Below are positions 1 to 13,085 of a stretch of DNA of 64,000 nucleotides, piece after piece (the stretch's first letter is position 1; each line of letters opens with the position of its first letter). This DNA comes from Octopus vulgaris. Lineage: Eukaryota. The DNA is taken from assembly GCA_951406725.2 (NCBI GenBank), contig OX597841.1, forward strand, positions 8,184,001 through 8,248,000, in the 5' to 3' direction. The position numbers and the translations under genes were made by a program. Under the pieces are notes generated by a model. The model was not told the DNA's origin and did no database searches. It worked only from the letters and a program-made list of their open reading frames with translations.

Positions 1-1370
1 ATGCTGATGACCTTGTTATCATAGCCGAATAACTTTCAGAACTAGGTAACGTTCAGTAAGGACTTGAATCAAAGGGCCTTAAACTTAGTCTAACAAAAAC
101 CAGTCTTAGTAAGTAGGAAAGCGGACAATTCACAAATCCCCTTAGGAAGATGGCACTGTTCGATCTGTAGAAAAAGCGTAGGCAGGAAGTTCATAAGATG
201 TGCCCAGTGTAAGGTATGGACACATAAGTGTTGCAGCAATATCAGAGGAAGGTTAACAGGGATAATAGTTTTTTCTGTGTGGAAGGTGCACAGGTACAAT
301 AAACAGCACAAATGTAGAGAAAATAGAGCCCATCAATTGCCAGGTAGGTAAGCTACTGGGAGTTGATAGTTTCCGCCATCTAGGTGGCCAAGTCAGGAGT
401 GTGGTTGGTTGTTCCTTGAGTGTAGCTGCAAGAATAAGAATAAGACGTGCAAAGTTCAGAGTAATCTTAACTCTAATGGTAACAAAGAGCGTCTCCCTGA
501 GATTGAAAGGCAGACGTTATGATGCCTGTGTGTAAACAACTATGTTACATGTCAGTGAAACATGGGTTGTGACCTCTCTGAGGACTTCCATAGGCTTGAA
601 AGAAATGAAGCCAGTATGCCTCGCTGGGTGTACAATGTCAGTGTGCATGTACGACAGAGTATGGGGGCCTTGAGAGAAAAGCTGGGCATTGGAGACATCA
701 AATGGAGTGTGCAATGAGACGTCTGCGTTGGTATGGTCTTGCGATGTGTATGGACATGGACAGCTGTGTAAAAAGTGCCGATCTCTAACTGTGGAAGGAT
801 CCTTTGGAAGACGGAGACCCAAGAAGACTTTCGATGAGTTGATGAAGAATGATCTCCAACCGTTGGACATCATGGAAGAGATGGCAAGTGACCGAGAGCC
901 CTGCTGATATTCTCTGCAGGAGAGGACATGTCAGGCCAAGTGATGATAAGGATGTGGTCGTGCCAGTGTCCTATAAGTGGACACTTCCGTTCACTTCCGG
1001 TGCCATGTCAATGACACCTGGGTATCGTAATTGTGGCCACTGATGGTGCCATGTAAATTGGCACCTGGGAATTATCGTCGTTGGTGGTGCCATTTAAATG
1101 GCAACCATCCGTGAATCGTAGTCGTGGCCATTGTCGGTGTCATGCAAGTGGCACCGTGCCGGTGGCATGTGAAACGCCAATTACACACCTGGGGTGGTTG
1201 GCATTAGGATGGACATCAAGCTGTAGAAACCATGCCAAATCAGACAGGAACGTGGGGCAGCTCACCGACTCATAATCTCCTGTCAAACCAGCCGACACAT
1301 GCCAGTATGGTGAGTGGATGTTAAATGATGATAATGATGATGATGATGGTGATGATGATGATGGTGATAA
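1..1370 (+). mobile_element. Decayed RTE-clade LINE 3' portion with (ATG)n tail
   Basis: ADDL, Cys-rich insert, WYG.., GRRRPKKT; homologous to the copies at 14.8 and 30 kb. Confidence 0.85.
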
Positions 1371-1559
1371 CGCACAAACAAACACATAGACATACACAAA
1401 TATGAAAATAACAATCAAAACTATCATTGGTTAAAAATATATATATGTGTGTGTATATATATATATACATGTGTATATTTAGGGCTAAAAACAACTATGT
1501 GAACAGCCATGTGCTAGTAGATGATCACATACGATCTAACCATAAATCCATGCATCTCC

Positions 1560-1935
<376 letters not shown>

Positions 1936-2079
1936 ACACACATCCATATATACATGGTTGTAGTGTAAGGAGCATTTTTCCAACCATACACGGTTCTACG
2001 TTGAATCCCTCTGCATGGAAACTCAGGCAGGTATATTCTACTCTTGCCTTGGGCTGAACAAAATCTATGTGTTTGCCTA

Positions 2080-2142
<63 letters not shown>

Positions 2143-2329
2143 CAAAGAGGCTGAGAGGATAAGTGTTATGCTTAAAATAAAAAAGTACTGGGATCGATAC
2201 ATCTGACTAAAAATTCGATGATGCCCCAGCATGGCCGCAGGCAAATGTCTAAAATATTTTAATTTATATATATATATATATATATATACATGATATCTTT
2301 TATATTTTGGTTCATCTCACAATGACCTT

Positions 2330-2500
2330 GTTTTATTTGACCGTTAAAGATATTATTATCAGTGGTGGTGGTCAGTTGGACTGTCCACACCGCTAATATC
2401 TGCATCAACATGATCAATATGCAATTCATCCACAAACACAAGTGTTGTGTAGTACATGTTATTAAATCCATCCCCATTATTTCACTGGTACATTGGTAAT
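2330..2500 (-). pseudogene. Possible decayed ankyrin-like exon copy
   Basis: Weak resemblance (NNGDG.., ..LHI.HV) with stops and frameshifts, next to the ankyrin exons. Confidence 0.3.
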
Positions 2501-2563
2501 ATTTATATTATACAGATCAATATAATACTGGAGAGTGTATATAATATATATTTATTAACTAAC

Positions 2564-2600
2564 CTGGTTCAGCATCGCACACACCACTTCATACTTGCAA
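2564..2600 (-). CDS. Ankyrin-repeat protein small exon (G-CKYEVVCAMLNQ)
   Basis: TTTCAG acceptor, GTTAGT donor; phase matches previous exon and completes the second helix of the ankyrin repeat. Confidence 0.75.
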
Positions 2601-3563
2601 CTGAAAGGACTGGATGAGGAAAAAAAAACATGAAAAAAAACAAACATCACAGAGCTTGAGATAATAGTTATTAGGTCATTAAAGAAAACAAATGTAATTA
2701 GGTCACAATAACTTAATTACAGCAATTATTACACACATACTCACACACACACATATTTTTATTCAATACACACTCTACAGAGTAGAACAATGATATATAC
2801 ACACCTGAGTAAACCCAGAAATGTAAAGACAGGAAAAATACCGCTAAGAATTCTGACAGCTTTTATAAACATGAAATTTAGGAAGGAAAGAAGGGCTACA
2901 GGTAATCATATGAACCCCAGTACATCACTGGTATTGTATTTTATCAACCTTGCAAAGATGGAAGGAGAAGTTGACCTTGGCAGGATTTGAACTCTGAACG
3001 TAAAGAGTCGTAAATAAAATAACCCAATTTATTTCTTCAAAAGTAATAAGAAACAAGAACAGGAGAAAAGAAGGAAGACAGTTTATTAAAGGAACCCCAG
3101 GGTATTACTGGTACAGATTATTTTGACCCCAGAGTGATAGTAAATATTCTGGTAGGATTTGAACATGGAACATAAAAGAGACAAATGTAAATACTATAAG
3201 GGGATGATTCTGTATTTAGCCCAGGGTCGGAGTAAATAGGGAAATTACAAAGGAGAGAGAGTGAGGAAGAAAGAGAGAGAGAGAAAGTAGTTCTAGATGG
3301 GATGAAAGGAAGAAGAGAGAGGATTTGAACCTGTGACATTGAGGAAATGGAGAACGAGATGAAGTAAAGAGTCCAGTCAGGCAACAACAATAACAATTAT
3401 GGTGATGATTAATTAATAAAGTAGATTACAGTGCGAAAGAGAGAAGAAAGACAATGACCCCATGGTGGGATTATGACATGAATGATTGAATGAAAAAGAA
3501 ATAAACATTATTGAAAACATAAAAGAAACAGATTTGGATATTCCAGATCTAATGGGGACTTAC

Positions 3564-3718
3564 CCCCGAACTGCCTCATGCAGTGGTGTGTCTCCATTGT
3601 TGTTCACAACATTGACATCAATGCTATTGTGACCCAACAATATTTCGACAATGTGCAAGTGTCCCCACCAACAGGTCCGGTGCAGCGGTGTTTGACCAAA
3701 TACATCTCGAGGATTCAC
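3564..3718 (-). CDS. Ankyrin-repeat protein exon (VNPRDVFGQTPLHRTCWWGHLHIVEILLGHNSIDVNVVNNNGDTPLHEAVRG)
   Basis: Two G-x-TPLH ankyrin motifs; strong polypyrimidine-CAG acceptor and GTAAGT donor; 155 nt, ends phase 2. Confidence 0.9.
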
Positions 3719-4061
3719 CTGATAAAGAAAAGAATAAAAACATTAAAAATTGTGTCTGAAAGGGGAGTCGGGTGGTGAAGAATTAAAAGAAAAACTCACA
3801 GAAAAAGAGAAGAGAAGGAATGAAATTAATTAAACAGGTGGAATGATTGGGGTGGGGAGTAGTTAAGGCAGATTTCTATTGTATATACACGCACGCGTAT
3901 ACACACATACATATGTACATATAAATATATTTACACACACACACACAAACACACGCATATAGGATGAATAACTCAATAAATAAACACATAGAGCAGCAAA
4001 ATGTGTGTGTGTGTGTGTATATATATATGTGTGTGTTCGCGTGTGTGTGTGTTCATAATTA

Positions 4062-4339
4062 AATTTATTCTTTTATTCTTTCATTTGTTTCAGTCATGTG
4101 ACTGTGGCCATGCTGGAGCATTGTCGTTAGTCGAGCAAATCGACACCAGTAAGCCTTGTACTTATTTTATTAGTTTCTTTTGAAGAAACGCTAGTTTACG
4201 GGGACGTAAACACACCAGCATCGGTTGTCAAGCGATGTTGGGGGACAAACACAGACACACAAACACACACACGTACACACAGACACACATAACACACACA
4301 CACATACACAAACTCATATGTATATATATATATATATGT

Positions 4340-4377
<38 letters not shown>

Positions 4378-4819
4378 TTATACATATTTATATATATATA
4401 CATACGACGAGCTTCTTTCAGTCTCCATCTACCAAATCCACTCACAAGGTTTGCTCAGCCTGAGGCTATAGCAGAAGACACTTGCACATTGTGCCATGCA
4501 GTGAAAATGAACCGGGAACCATGTGGTTGGTAAGCAAGTTACTTACCACACAGCCACACCTGCGCCTCTCTCTCACACATGTGTGTGTGTGTGTGTATGT
4601 AAATAGATCCTTTTACTCTTTTGCTTGTTTCCATCATTTGACTGTGGCCATGATGGAGCACCACATTTAGTCGAGGAAATTGCCACTAGGACTTATTCTT
4701 TGTAAGTCTAGTACTTATTCTATCGATCTCTTTGCCGAACCGCTAAGTTACGGGGGCGTAAACACACCAGCATCGGTTGTCAAGCGATGGTTGTCAAACA
4801 CACAAATATATATAAATAT

Positions 4820-4850
<31 letters not shown>

Positions 4851-5002
4851 TAGGACGGGCTTCTTCCAGTTTCCGTCTACCAAATCCACTCACAAGGCTT
4901 TGGTCGGCCCGAGGCTAAAGTACAAGATACTTGCCCAAGTGGGACTGAACCCGGAACCATGTGGTTTGTAAGCAAGTGACTTACCACACAGCCATTCTTG
5001 TG

Positions 5003-5005
<3 letters not shown>
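4062..5005 (-). mobile_element. Two tandem tRNA-derived SINEs (family A)
   Basis: Head GGAGTGGCTGTGTGGTAAG..GGTTCCGGGTTCAGTCCC (A/B boxes), internal microsatellite. Confidence 0.85.
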
Positions 5006-5055
<50 letters not shown>

Positions 5056-5394
5056 ATGTTCCTCATGAAGCTTTTTAATATAAACATTTCTTAATGAAAT
5101 TTTCTGAAAATCCATCCCTTTCAATGTCTTAATCAACAATTATGTCTGGAGTTGTGATTGGTTTGAAACTAATCAAATGCTTCCGTTTTCTCAACATAAT
5201 CGTCATCGAAAATCAATGATTATCATTAAAAAGTAGGAAACACCAGAAAGATATGGGGGAAAATACGGGGGCTCAGGAAGTATATATATATATATATATA
5301 TATGTATAAGGGTGAAAAGGAACACACGAGTTGATATATATGAAAAAACAAGTAAAAAATAGAAAATGCTAAAATAATTTTATAGTGAACATTT

Positions 5395-5432
5395 CAGTAC
5401 CGGTTTCGGTCATTTTGAGACCTTTTCAACTG
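5395..5432 (-). ncRNA. Minimal type-I hammerhead ribozyme motif, UUGAAAA core
   Basis: cag-UUGAAAA-GGUC-ucaaaau-GACC-GAAA-CCGG-UA-cug. Confidence 0.7.
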
Positions 5433-6340
5433 TAATGATTAAATAATTAAATTTAGAAAAATTAGAAGAAAAGTTTTTTTAAAAGAATATTTCTATTGAA
5501 AGGCTTGTTTATAGAATTAGCGTAGATGTTATACTAAAAAACATTAGTGACAAAGTTAAGGGGTAGAAGGTGGAGAAGTAGAAGAAGAAGAAGAAGAAGA
5601 AGAAGAAGAAGAAGAAGAAGAAGAAGAAGAAGAAGAAGAAGAAGAAGGAAGAAGAAGGAGAAGAAGAAGAAGAAGAAGAAGATGACAATGTTGATGATGA
5701 TGATGATGAAGAAGAAGAAGAAGAAGAAGAAGAAGAAGGAGAAGGAGAAGATGACGATGATGGTGATGGTGGTGATGATTATGACGACGATGATGATGAT
5801 AATGATGATGATGAAGAAGAAGAGGAAGAAGAAGAAGAAAAAACAGAGAAGGGAGAATATGAATGGGTTAAAGTAGTTAGGTGTTGTATGACTTGAAGTT
5901 GGTATGTTATGGATTATAGCTGTGATTTTAGCTGTGATTAGTAATGGATTCTTTGGAATGTAATATTTGTGTGTGAATATTTCTTTTATTCTAAAGTTGA
6001 GGTATATTAATTGTTTGTCGTAGACCCGTTAAGAAGTGGCCTGTATTTTGCAATAAAGAGAGTTTCTTTACTTATTCGTTGTCTCGAGGTTGTATCGTCC
6101 CTAAATTGGTAGAGGGGGAAAATCCTGAAGCTTGGTGTTTTTTTGTTGGCGCAAGTATCTATGTGTTGGCTAAAAGCTATTTTTCTGTTTTGGGGAATTT
6201 TTATCTGGGGATCTGTGCAGGGCCATTCGTTTACGCAAACTATTTTTTGTTTGGCCTATGTACTGCTCTTGACACCCGGAGCAGGTTAGTGAGTATATTA
6301 GGTTCTCCGAAGCACATGTGAAGTTGCTTTTCACTGTAAA

Positions 6341-7810
6341 CATGTCAAAAGCTATATAAGGGACGACTTAGATATGCTCAATCACCTACCGAATACTATA
6401 AACAAAAACACCATACTGGTATCCTTCGATGTAGTCAACCTCTACTCCAATATCCCTCACAACCTAGGACTAGAGGCAATCCAATTCTGGCTAGAAAATC
6501 ACACCAACGAACTACCACATCGCATCAAAAAAGAATTTGTGATAGAAGGGGTTAAATTCATCCTGGAAAATAACTTCTTCGCCTTCAATGACAACTTCTA
6601 CCGACAAAAATCGGGGACTGCGATGGGTACACGAATGGCCCCCTCCTTTGCCAACCTAGTCATAGGATATCTAGAGATCAGTCTGTATCGTAAGGTTCTA
6701 GAAAGATATGGCAGCCCTTTCTCCATCTACATAGAAAACAACTGGAAGAGATATCTAGATGACTGTTTCATCCTTTGGCATAAAAATATAGAAAAACTCA
6801 TAGAATTCCAGGAAATTTTAAACGGACTGGACGTAAACATCAAATTCACGATGGAATATAGCCAGCAACAACTCCCCTTCCTCGATATCCTCATTAAGAA
6901 AGCTAATAATACAATAGAAACAGACATATATTATAAGCCTACAGACTCTAAGCAATATCTTCCATTCAATTCATGCCACCCCAGACACACCAGGATGAAT
7001 ATCCCCTTCAACCTAGCAAAAAGGATATGCACTATAGTCTCGAACGCAAACACCAGAGACACACGACTACAAGAACTAAAAGATACCCTTATCACCAGGA
7101 ACTATCCACCTTCACTTATTGACAAGTGCATTCAACTTAGCATCAAGGAACTGAGACATCCCAAATCAAAGAAAAACTTACAACCAAAAGCCTTACCATA
7201 CATCTCCACACACAACCCTCTCAATAACGAAGCCTTCGGCACCATCCTCCACAACATACCCCTCCTAAAAAAAGACCACAGAATGAACACAATCCTCCAA
7301 ACACACACGATCATAAAAAGCAAGAGACAGCCTAAATCCATGAAAAGTCTCCTAACACAAGCCCGAATTCACTCTTCAACAAAGAAGCCGACAGTAAAAA
7401 AATGTGGAAGACCCAATTGCGGGATATGCGACTATCTAATTGAGGGATCAGAGTTCTCCTTCAAACAGGGACAACGGTTTACAGTGAAAAGCAACTTCAC
7501 ATGTGCTTCGGAGAACCTAATATACTCACTAACCTGCTCCGGGTGTCAAGAGCAGTACATAGGCGAAACAACAAATAGTTTGCGTAAACGAATGGCCCTG
7601 CACAGATCCCAGATAAAAATTCCCCAAAACAGAAAAATAGCTTTTAGCCAACACATAGATACTTGCGCCAACAAAAAAACACCAAGCTTCAGGATTTTCC
7701 CCCTCTACCAATTTAGGGACGATACAACCTCGAGACAACGAATAAGTAAAGAAACTCTCTTTATTGCAAAATACAGGCCACTTCTTAACGGGTCTACGAC
7801 AAACAATTAA
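6341..7810 (+). CDS. Penelope-like element RT + GIY-YIG endonuclease ORF (5'-truncated, otherwise intact)
   Basis: LVSFDVVNLY, GTAMGT, RYLDD, LPFLD, YYKPT motifs; CxxxxCxxC linker; LIY..C..C..QYIGET..LRKRM.LH. Confidence 0.95.
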   Translation, partial: HVKSYIRDDLDMLNHLPNTINKNTILVSFDVVNLYSNIPHNLGLEAIQFWLENHTNELPHRIKKEFVIEGVKFILENNFFAFNDNFYRQKSGTAMGTRMAPSFANLVIGYLEISLYRKVLERYGSPFSIYIENNWKRYLDDCFILWHKNIEKLIEFQEILNGLDVNIKFTMEYSQQQLPFLDILIKKANNTIETDIYYKPTDSKQYLPFNSCHPRHTRMNIPFNLAKRICTIVSNANTRDTRLQELKDTLITRNYPPSLIDKCIQLSIKELRHPKSKKNLQPKALPYISTHNPLNNEAFGTILHNIPLLKKDHRMNTILQTHTIIKSKRQPKSMKSLLTQARIHSSTKKPTVKKCGRPNCGICDYLIEGSEFSFKQGQRFTVKSNFTCASENLIYSLTCSGCQEQYIGETTNSLRKRMALHRSQIKIPQNRKIAFSQHIDTCANKKTPSFRIFPLYQFRDDTTSRQRISKETLFIAKYRPLLNGSTTNN

Positions 7811-8499
7811 TATACCTCAACTTTAGAATAAAAGAAATATTCACACACAAATATTACATTCCAAAGAATCCATTACTAATCACAGCTAAAATCACAGCTA
7901 TAATCCATAACATGCCAACTTCAAGTCATACAACACCTCACTACTTTAACCCATTCATATTTTCCCTTCTCTGTTTTTTTCTTCTTCTTCCTCTTCTTCT
8001 TCATCATCATCATTATCATCATCATCGTCGTCATAACCATCACCACCATCACCATCATCGTCATCTTCTCCTTCTCCTTCTTCTTCTTCTTCATCATCAT
8101 CATCATCAACATCGTCATCTTCTTCTTCTTCTTCTTCTACTTCTCCACCTTCTACCCCTTAACTTTGTCACTAATGTTTGTTAGTATAACACCTACGCAA
8201 ATTCTATAAACAAGCCTTTCAATAGAAATATTCTCTTGAATTGAACTGCGACTGCCAGCCGCCACTGACCATTCAAAATACGACCATCAGGGCACTCCCA
8301 GATTCTCCCACCCCCCTTTCCTCATCAGCCTTCTTCCCCTACTACCCTACCAAGAACTCACAACTACCTCCAACACACAAGTGCTAACAAGGGAGTCAGA
8401 GAAAAGCAGAATGCTACTTATATCTGAACACTACTATAGAAATATTCCTTTAAAAAAATTTTTTTTCTAATTTTTCTAAATTTAATTATTTAATCGTTA

Positions 8500-8537
8500 C
8501 AGTTGAAAAGGTCTCAAAATGAGCGAAACCGGTACTG
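8500..8537 (+). ncRNA. Minimal type-I hammerhead motif, UUGAAAA core (one stem II mismatch)
   Basis: cag-UUGAAAA-GGUC..GAGC-GAAA-CCGG-UA-cug at the PLE 3' end. Confidence 0.6.
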
Positions 8538-8586
8538 AAATGTTCACTATAAAATTATTTTAGCATTTTCTATTTTTGACTTGTTT

Positions 8587-8647
<61 letters not shown>

Positions 8648-8650
<3 letters not shown>

Positions 8651-10217
8651 ATATTTCGGAATGGTCATATTGCCAGTTTAGCCAATAAAAACACACGCAC
8701 TATATATTTGGTGTTATTTTGCTTCAGTGATATTTATTTTTTACATTAATCTTAATCTTATTTCGGCCAAAGTTCTTTCGTCACACTCCTGTGACCGCAT
8801 CAGTGGTCCTTTGTTTTCTTCTCACTTACTTGTGTCTCTCCTTACTAACCGTCAGCCATTTTGTATTTCTATTGTATGTCTTCATTAGCGCATGCTTATA
8901 TCTCTATGTGCGTCTATGTTTATTTAGTGTGTGTGGGGGGGATGCCTGTAATATTTGTATCTTCTGGTTATATACATTCTTGTAATTTGTGTTTTGTTTT
9001 TGTTGTTGTTGCTGTTGTTCTAATTTTGTTCATGTGTTTACATCCACCCATTATTATCATTACATATGCTTGTATGTATGTATAACAACAATATTAGTAA
9101 TAATAATAATAAATCTAATCAAAAAAAAAAAAAAGAATATACATATACATATATATATATACATACATATACATATATATATATATACATATATACACAC
9201 ATATATACACATATGCATATACACACATATACACATATACATATATATAGATATTAATTTCTATTTCTTTAATTACCTGTGTATTTATTATGTTTGCAGG
9301 ATCCACTATTGTCATATGTTGTGGTGTGCGCTATTGCTCCATTCTAGTTTTCTATTCAGGCTAGGTTTATTTTCTATTATATGTGTAGCTTCTGTAATTT
9401 GTCTAATTGTTGCATCTGTTCTATGTGTGGACAATATCTTAATCTCTATGTTATTGATTGATCCCCCGTGTTCTTGTTCGGCGTGTTGGTACAGAATCGA
9501 TGAGCTTTTACCTTCCTTGAGTTGTCTCCAATGTTCATTCACCCGCTCACCAATGCTTCTTGCAGTTTCCACTACGTATGTTACTGTCTTGTTACTGCAT
9601 CGTCCCTCTATACATCTTATACTATAGACCACATTTCTGGCTTTACAGTTCGTTTGTGGGCTAAATCTACATACAGTGCAATAGTTATCCGTACAGAGAG
9701 TTCTACTAAAAGGATAGGTTCTACCAATTATAGATCTGATAGGGTTGCCTGGCTTTTCAACAACCTTAATTCTTAGTTTGCCTGGCTTTTCAACAACCTT
9801 AATTCTTAGGCTCGCACATGCGTGACACATTTCTCTGAGAAGGAGCCTAGATAAACTTAAACTAAGAATTAAGGTTGTTGAAAAGCCAGGCAACCCTATC
9901 AGATCTATAATTGGTAGAACCTATCCTTTTAGTAGAACTCTCTGTACGGATAACTATTGCACTGTATGTAGATTTAGCCCACAAACGAACTGTAAAGCCA
10001 GAAATGTGGTCTATAGTATAAGATGTATAGAGGGACGATGCAGTAACAAGACAGTAACATACGTAGGGGAAACTGCAAGAAGCATTGGTGAGCGGGTGAA
10101 TGAACATTGGAGACAACTCAAGGAAGGTAAAAGCTCATCGATTCTGTACCAACACGCCGAACAAGAACACGGGGGATCAATCAATAACATAGAGATTAAG
10201 ATATTGTCCACACATAG
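8648..10217 (-). mobile_element. Second Penelope-like element: GIY-YIG 3' fragment + 3' UTR with inverted duplication (9421-9779 / 9859-10217)
   Basis: VVYSIRC..TYVGETARSIGERVNEH..L.QH..RQITEA.HI..KPSLN; near-identical inverted arms. Confidence 0.88.
8767..8806 (-). ncRNA. Hammerhead-like motif with atypical core
   Basis: cca-CUGAUGC-G-GUCAC-aggagu-GUGAC-GAAA-GAAC-UU-ugg in the 3' UTR of the second PLE. Confidence 0.45.
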
Positions 10218-10380
10218 CTATTGTCCTATTAGCTATGCGAAATCACCAGTGTCCAAACAATCACATCCAATCATTTCATTCCAGTCAACCATAGACCTAA
10301 CACAAATGCTTGCAACAGCGAAGATTCCTCTGCCAAGGCACCTAATATTCCAGGTAATCACTGCCATCATCATCATTTAA

Positions 10381-10598
10381 CCCTTTTGATACCAACCCAG
10401 CTGAAACCGCCTCTGGCTCTGTAGTACAAATGTCTTGTTTTCATAAGTTTTCAAAATCTTCCACCAAACCTTAGCCACAATTTATGTTCCTAACACTAAC
10501 TTAATGATTACTGAGTTATTTTACTAAATTCTTTGTTACATTTAAAATTAATTGAAAGAAACGCAAAGCACCTCAACAATAATACGGTAACGAAAGGG
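10381..10598. mobile_element. piggyBac-type MITE
   Basis: TTAA|CCCTTTTGATACC...GGTAACGAAAGGG|TTAA. Confidence 0.85.
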
Positions 10599-12426
10599 TT
10601 AACATGTTTTTCATGCATACTGGCATAGGTTGACCAGTTTGATATGGGCTGGAAAGCTGGAAAACCAGAGGGCTGTATCAGGCTCCAGTCCTTTTTTTTG
10701 GCATGGTTTCTATTGTTGGATGCCCTTCCTAACACCAACCACTTTACAGAGCATACTGGATGTGTAGTGGTGGTGATGTGAAATCAAGTGACAGATAAAA
10801 TTTACCATCCGAGCTGGCCACAGTAAGATTTAAACTCAGAATGCAAAGAGCCAGGATAATTTCTAGCAGGTATCTGGTCTGGTATTCTTACTGTTCTATT
10901 AATCCACAGCTTTAGACTGGTAACTTCTTTTATCAACCCCCAAAAGAATAAAAAACAATGTTGAATGAGATGGTCTTTGCAAATTTTTGAAGTATGACGG
11001 AAAGATGAGAGAGACAAAAGAGAAACATCCAAATTGAACTCAGAACATGGACAGATGCAAGAAAAACCTGCATGACGTTTTAGCCAACATCATTGTCATC
11101 GACATCATACTTATCACCATTATTGTCATTTTCATTGAAGTCATCAACATCATAATTGATGTTGTTGTTATCACCATCATCTTTATAATTCTCATCACAA
11201 TCATCCTCATCAGCACAACCACAACCACCACCATTATCATCATCATCATCATCATCACAACCATCATCATCCTCTACATAATCTTCATCATCATTTTTTT
11301 TTCTCATGTTTTATCCATGCTAGTATGGGCTGAGACATTTTATGGCAGTGCAACTGTATACCCTTTCTAATTCTACCCTTTTTAGTCTTCACAGTTATTT
11401 GAAAACTGAGATACACTAGGTACAATGACTATTTACTCATCCCTTGATTCAGTAAAAAAAAAACATAGACACAAACACACAAAAAAATTTGCTAAAACCA
11501 AAGTGTAAGGGCAGGCTCCTTTAAAATGATTTACTTTGTTTGGCATAAGATCTGAAATTTTGGGCGAAGGGCCAGTTGATTAGATCAACCCCAGTACGTA
11601 AATGGTACTTAATTTATCAACCCCGAAAGGATGAAAGGCAAAGTTGAACTCGGCAGAATTTGAACCCAGAATGTAAAGACACGAAATACCACTAAGCATT
11701 TCACCTGGCATGCTAACATTTCTGCCAGCTCACCACCTTGCTGGATCTTGGACATTAGTTGGTAGAGACACACAACTTTCAGTAGCTGGAGATGGGACTT
11801 GTGCCTCTCTGTTTCTAAATCCAGTGGGAAATGTATTAGAGATCTGCAGTGAATAATTGATGGTTTGCAGGGTTGCTGGGATAGAGTTGGGTCAATTGAT
11901 CAGTGTAGGGAAGTCGATACAATCTGAGAAAAATCTGAGTTACAGATTGCTGCTAGCAGGAAATCAGATAGCATTGACTTTAACAACAATAACAGCAAAA
12001 ATAGAAACAGCAATAGCAACAGGTACAGTGAAACAACAACAAAATCAAAAGCATTCATAATATATCCAAACAGGAACAACAGCTGCACGCACAAACACAC
12101 ACACACAAACACAAACATGCACATACACACATATACACGCATGCACACACACAGATACACAGACACATGAATATCAGTCAGTTGTCCATAAGTTAGAAAA
12201 AAAAAGTCACACTAAAAAATTTTATGCAGTTATACTTTTATGTATTCAATTAGTATATCCTTGGTTACAGCTATATATGGTCATATATATATATAAATAT
12301 ATATAAATATATATATATATATCAGACAAAAAGAGATAACAAAGCCAAGGCTGTGAGGAGTTTTCAGGACGTTTATAAGGAAAGATATGTAGATATAGTC
12401 TTACAGCTGTTTCTGGGATATTATGG

Positions 12427-12457
<31 letters not shown>

Positions 12458-12535
12458 TGTATGTATGTATGTATGTATGTATGCATGCATGCATGCATCT
12501 ATCTATCTGTCTGTCTGTCTGTCTGCCTGTCTATC

Positions 12536-12640
<105 letters not shown>

Positions 12641-12643
12641 ATA

Positions 12644-13045
12644 GGCGTAGGAGTGGCTGTGTGGTAAGTAGCTTGCTTACCAACCACATGATTCCGGGTT
12701 CAATCCCACTGTGTGGCACCTTGGGCAAGTGTCTTCTACTATAGCCTCGGGCCGACCAAAGCCTTGTGAGTGGATTTGGTAGATGGAAAGTGAAAGAAGA
12801 CCATCGTATATATCTATATATATATGTGTGTTTGTGTTTCTGTGTTTGTCCCCTCAACATCGTTTGACAACTGATGCTGGTGTGTTTACGTCCCTGTAAC
12901 TTAGCAGTTTGGCAAAAGAGACAGATAGAATATGTACTAAGCTTACAAAGAATAAGTCCTGAGGTCGATTTGCTCGACTAAAAGTGGCGCTCCAGCATGG
13001 CCACAGTCATATGACTGAAACAAGTAAAAGAATAAAAGAGTAAAA
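12644..13045 (+). mobile_element. tRNA-derived SINE (family A)
   Basis: Same head and body; further copies near 34298, 44600, 47365, 53361, 53870, 59277, 62510. Confidence 0.9.
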
Positions 13046-13047
13046 GA

Positions 13048-13084
<37 letters not shown>

Positions 13085-13085
<1 letters not shown>

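Larger units (their letters stand above)
5338..8592 (+). mobile_element. Penelope-like retroelement with inverted copy of its 3' end (arms 5338-6341 and 7477-8592)
   Basis: Left ~1 kb is the reverse complement of the GIY-YIG C-terminus plus 3' UTR; (TA)n tracts on both sides. Confidence 0.9.

Noticed and set aside
5547-5876. Poly-Arg/Lys/Met ORF (and poly-His/Leu ORF at 7912)
   Set aside because: (GAA)n/(GAT)n tract in the PLE 3' UTR
11040-11370. Asp-rich and Ile-rich ORFs
   Set aside because: Degenerate (CAT)n repeat
11737-11843. Possible minus-strand exon ISNTFPTGFRNREAQVPSPATESCVSLPTNVQDPA
   Set aside because: No recognisable homology, weak acceptor, and the donor comes from the adjacent SINE
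12644-12720. tRNA gene candidates at SINE heads
   Set aside because: Continue into SINE bodies and lack a full cloverleaf
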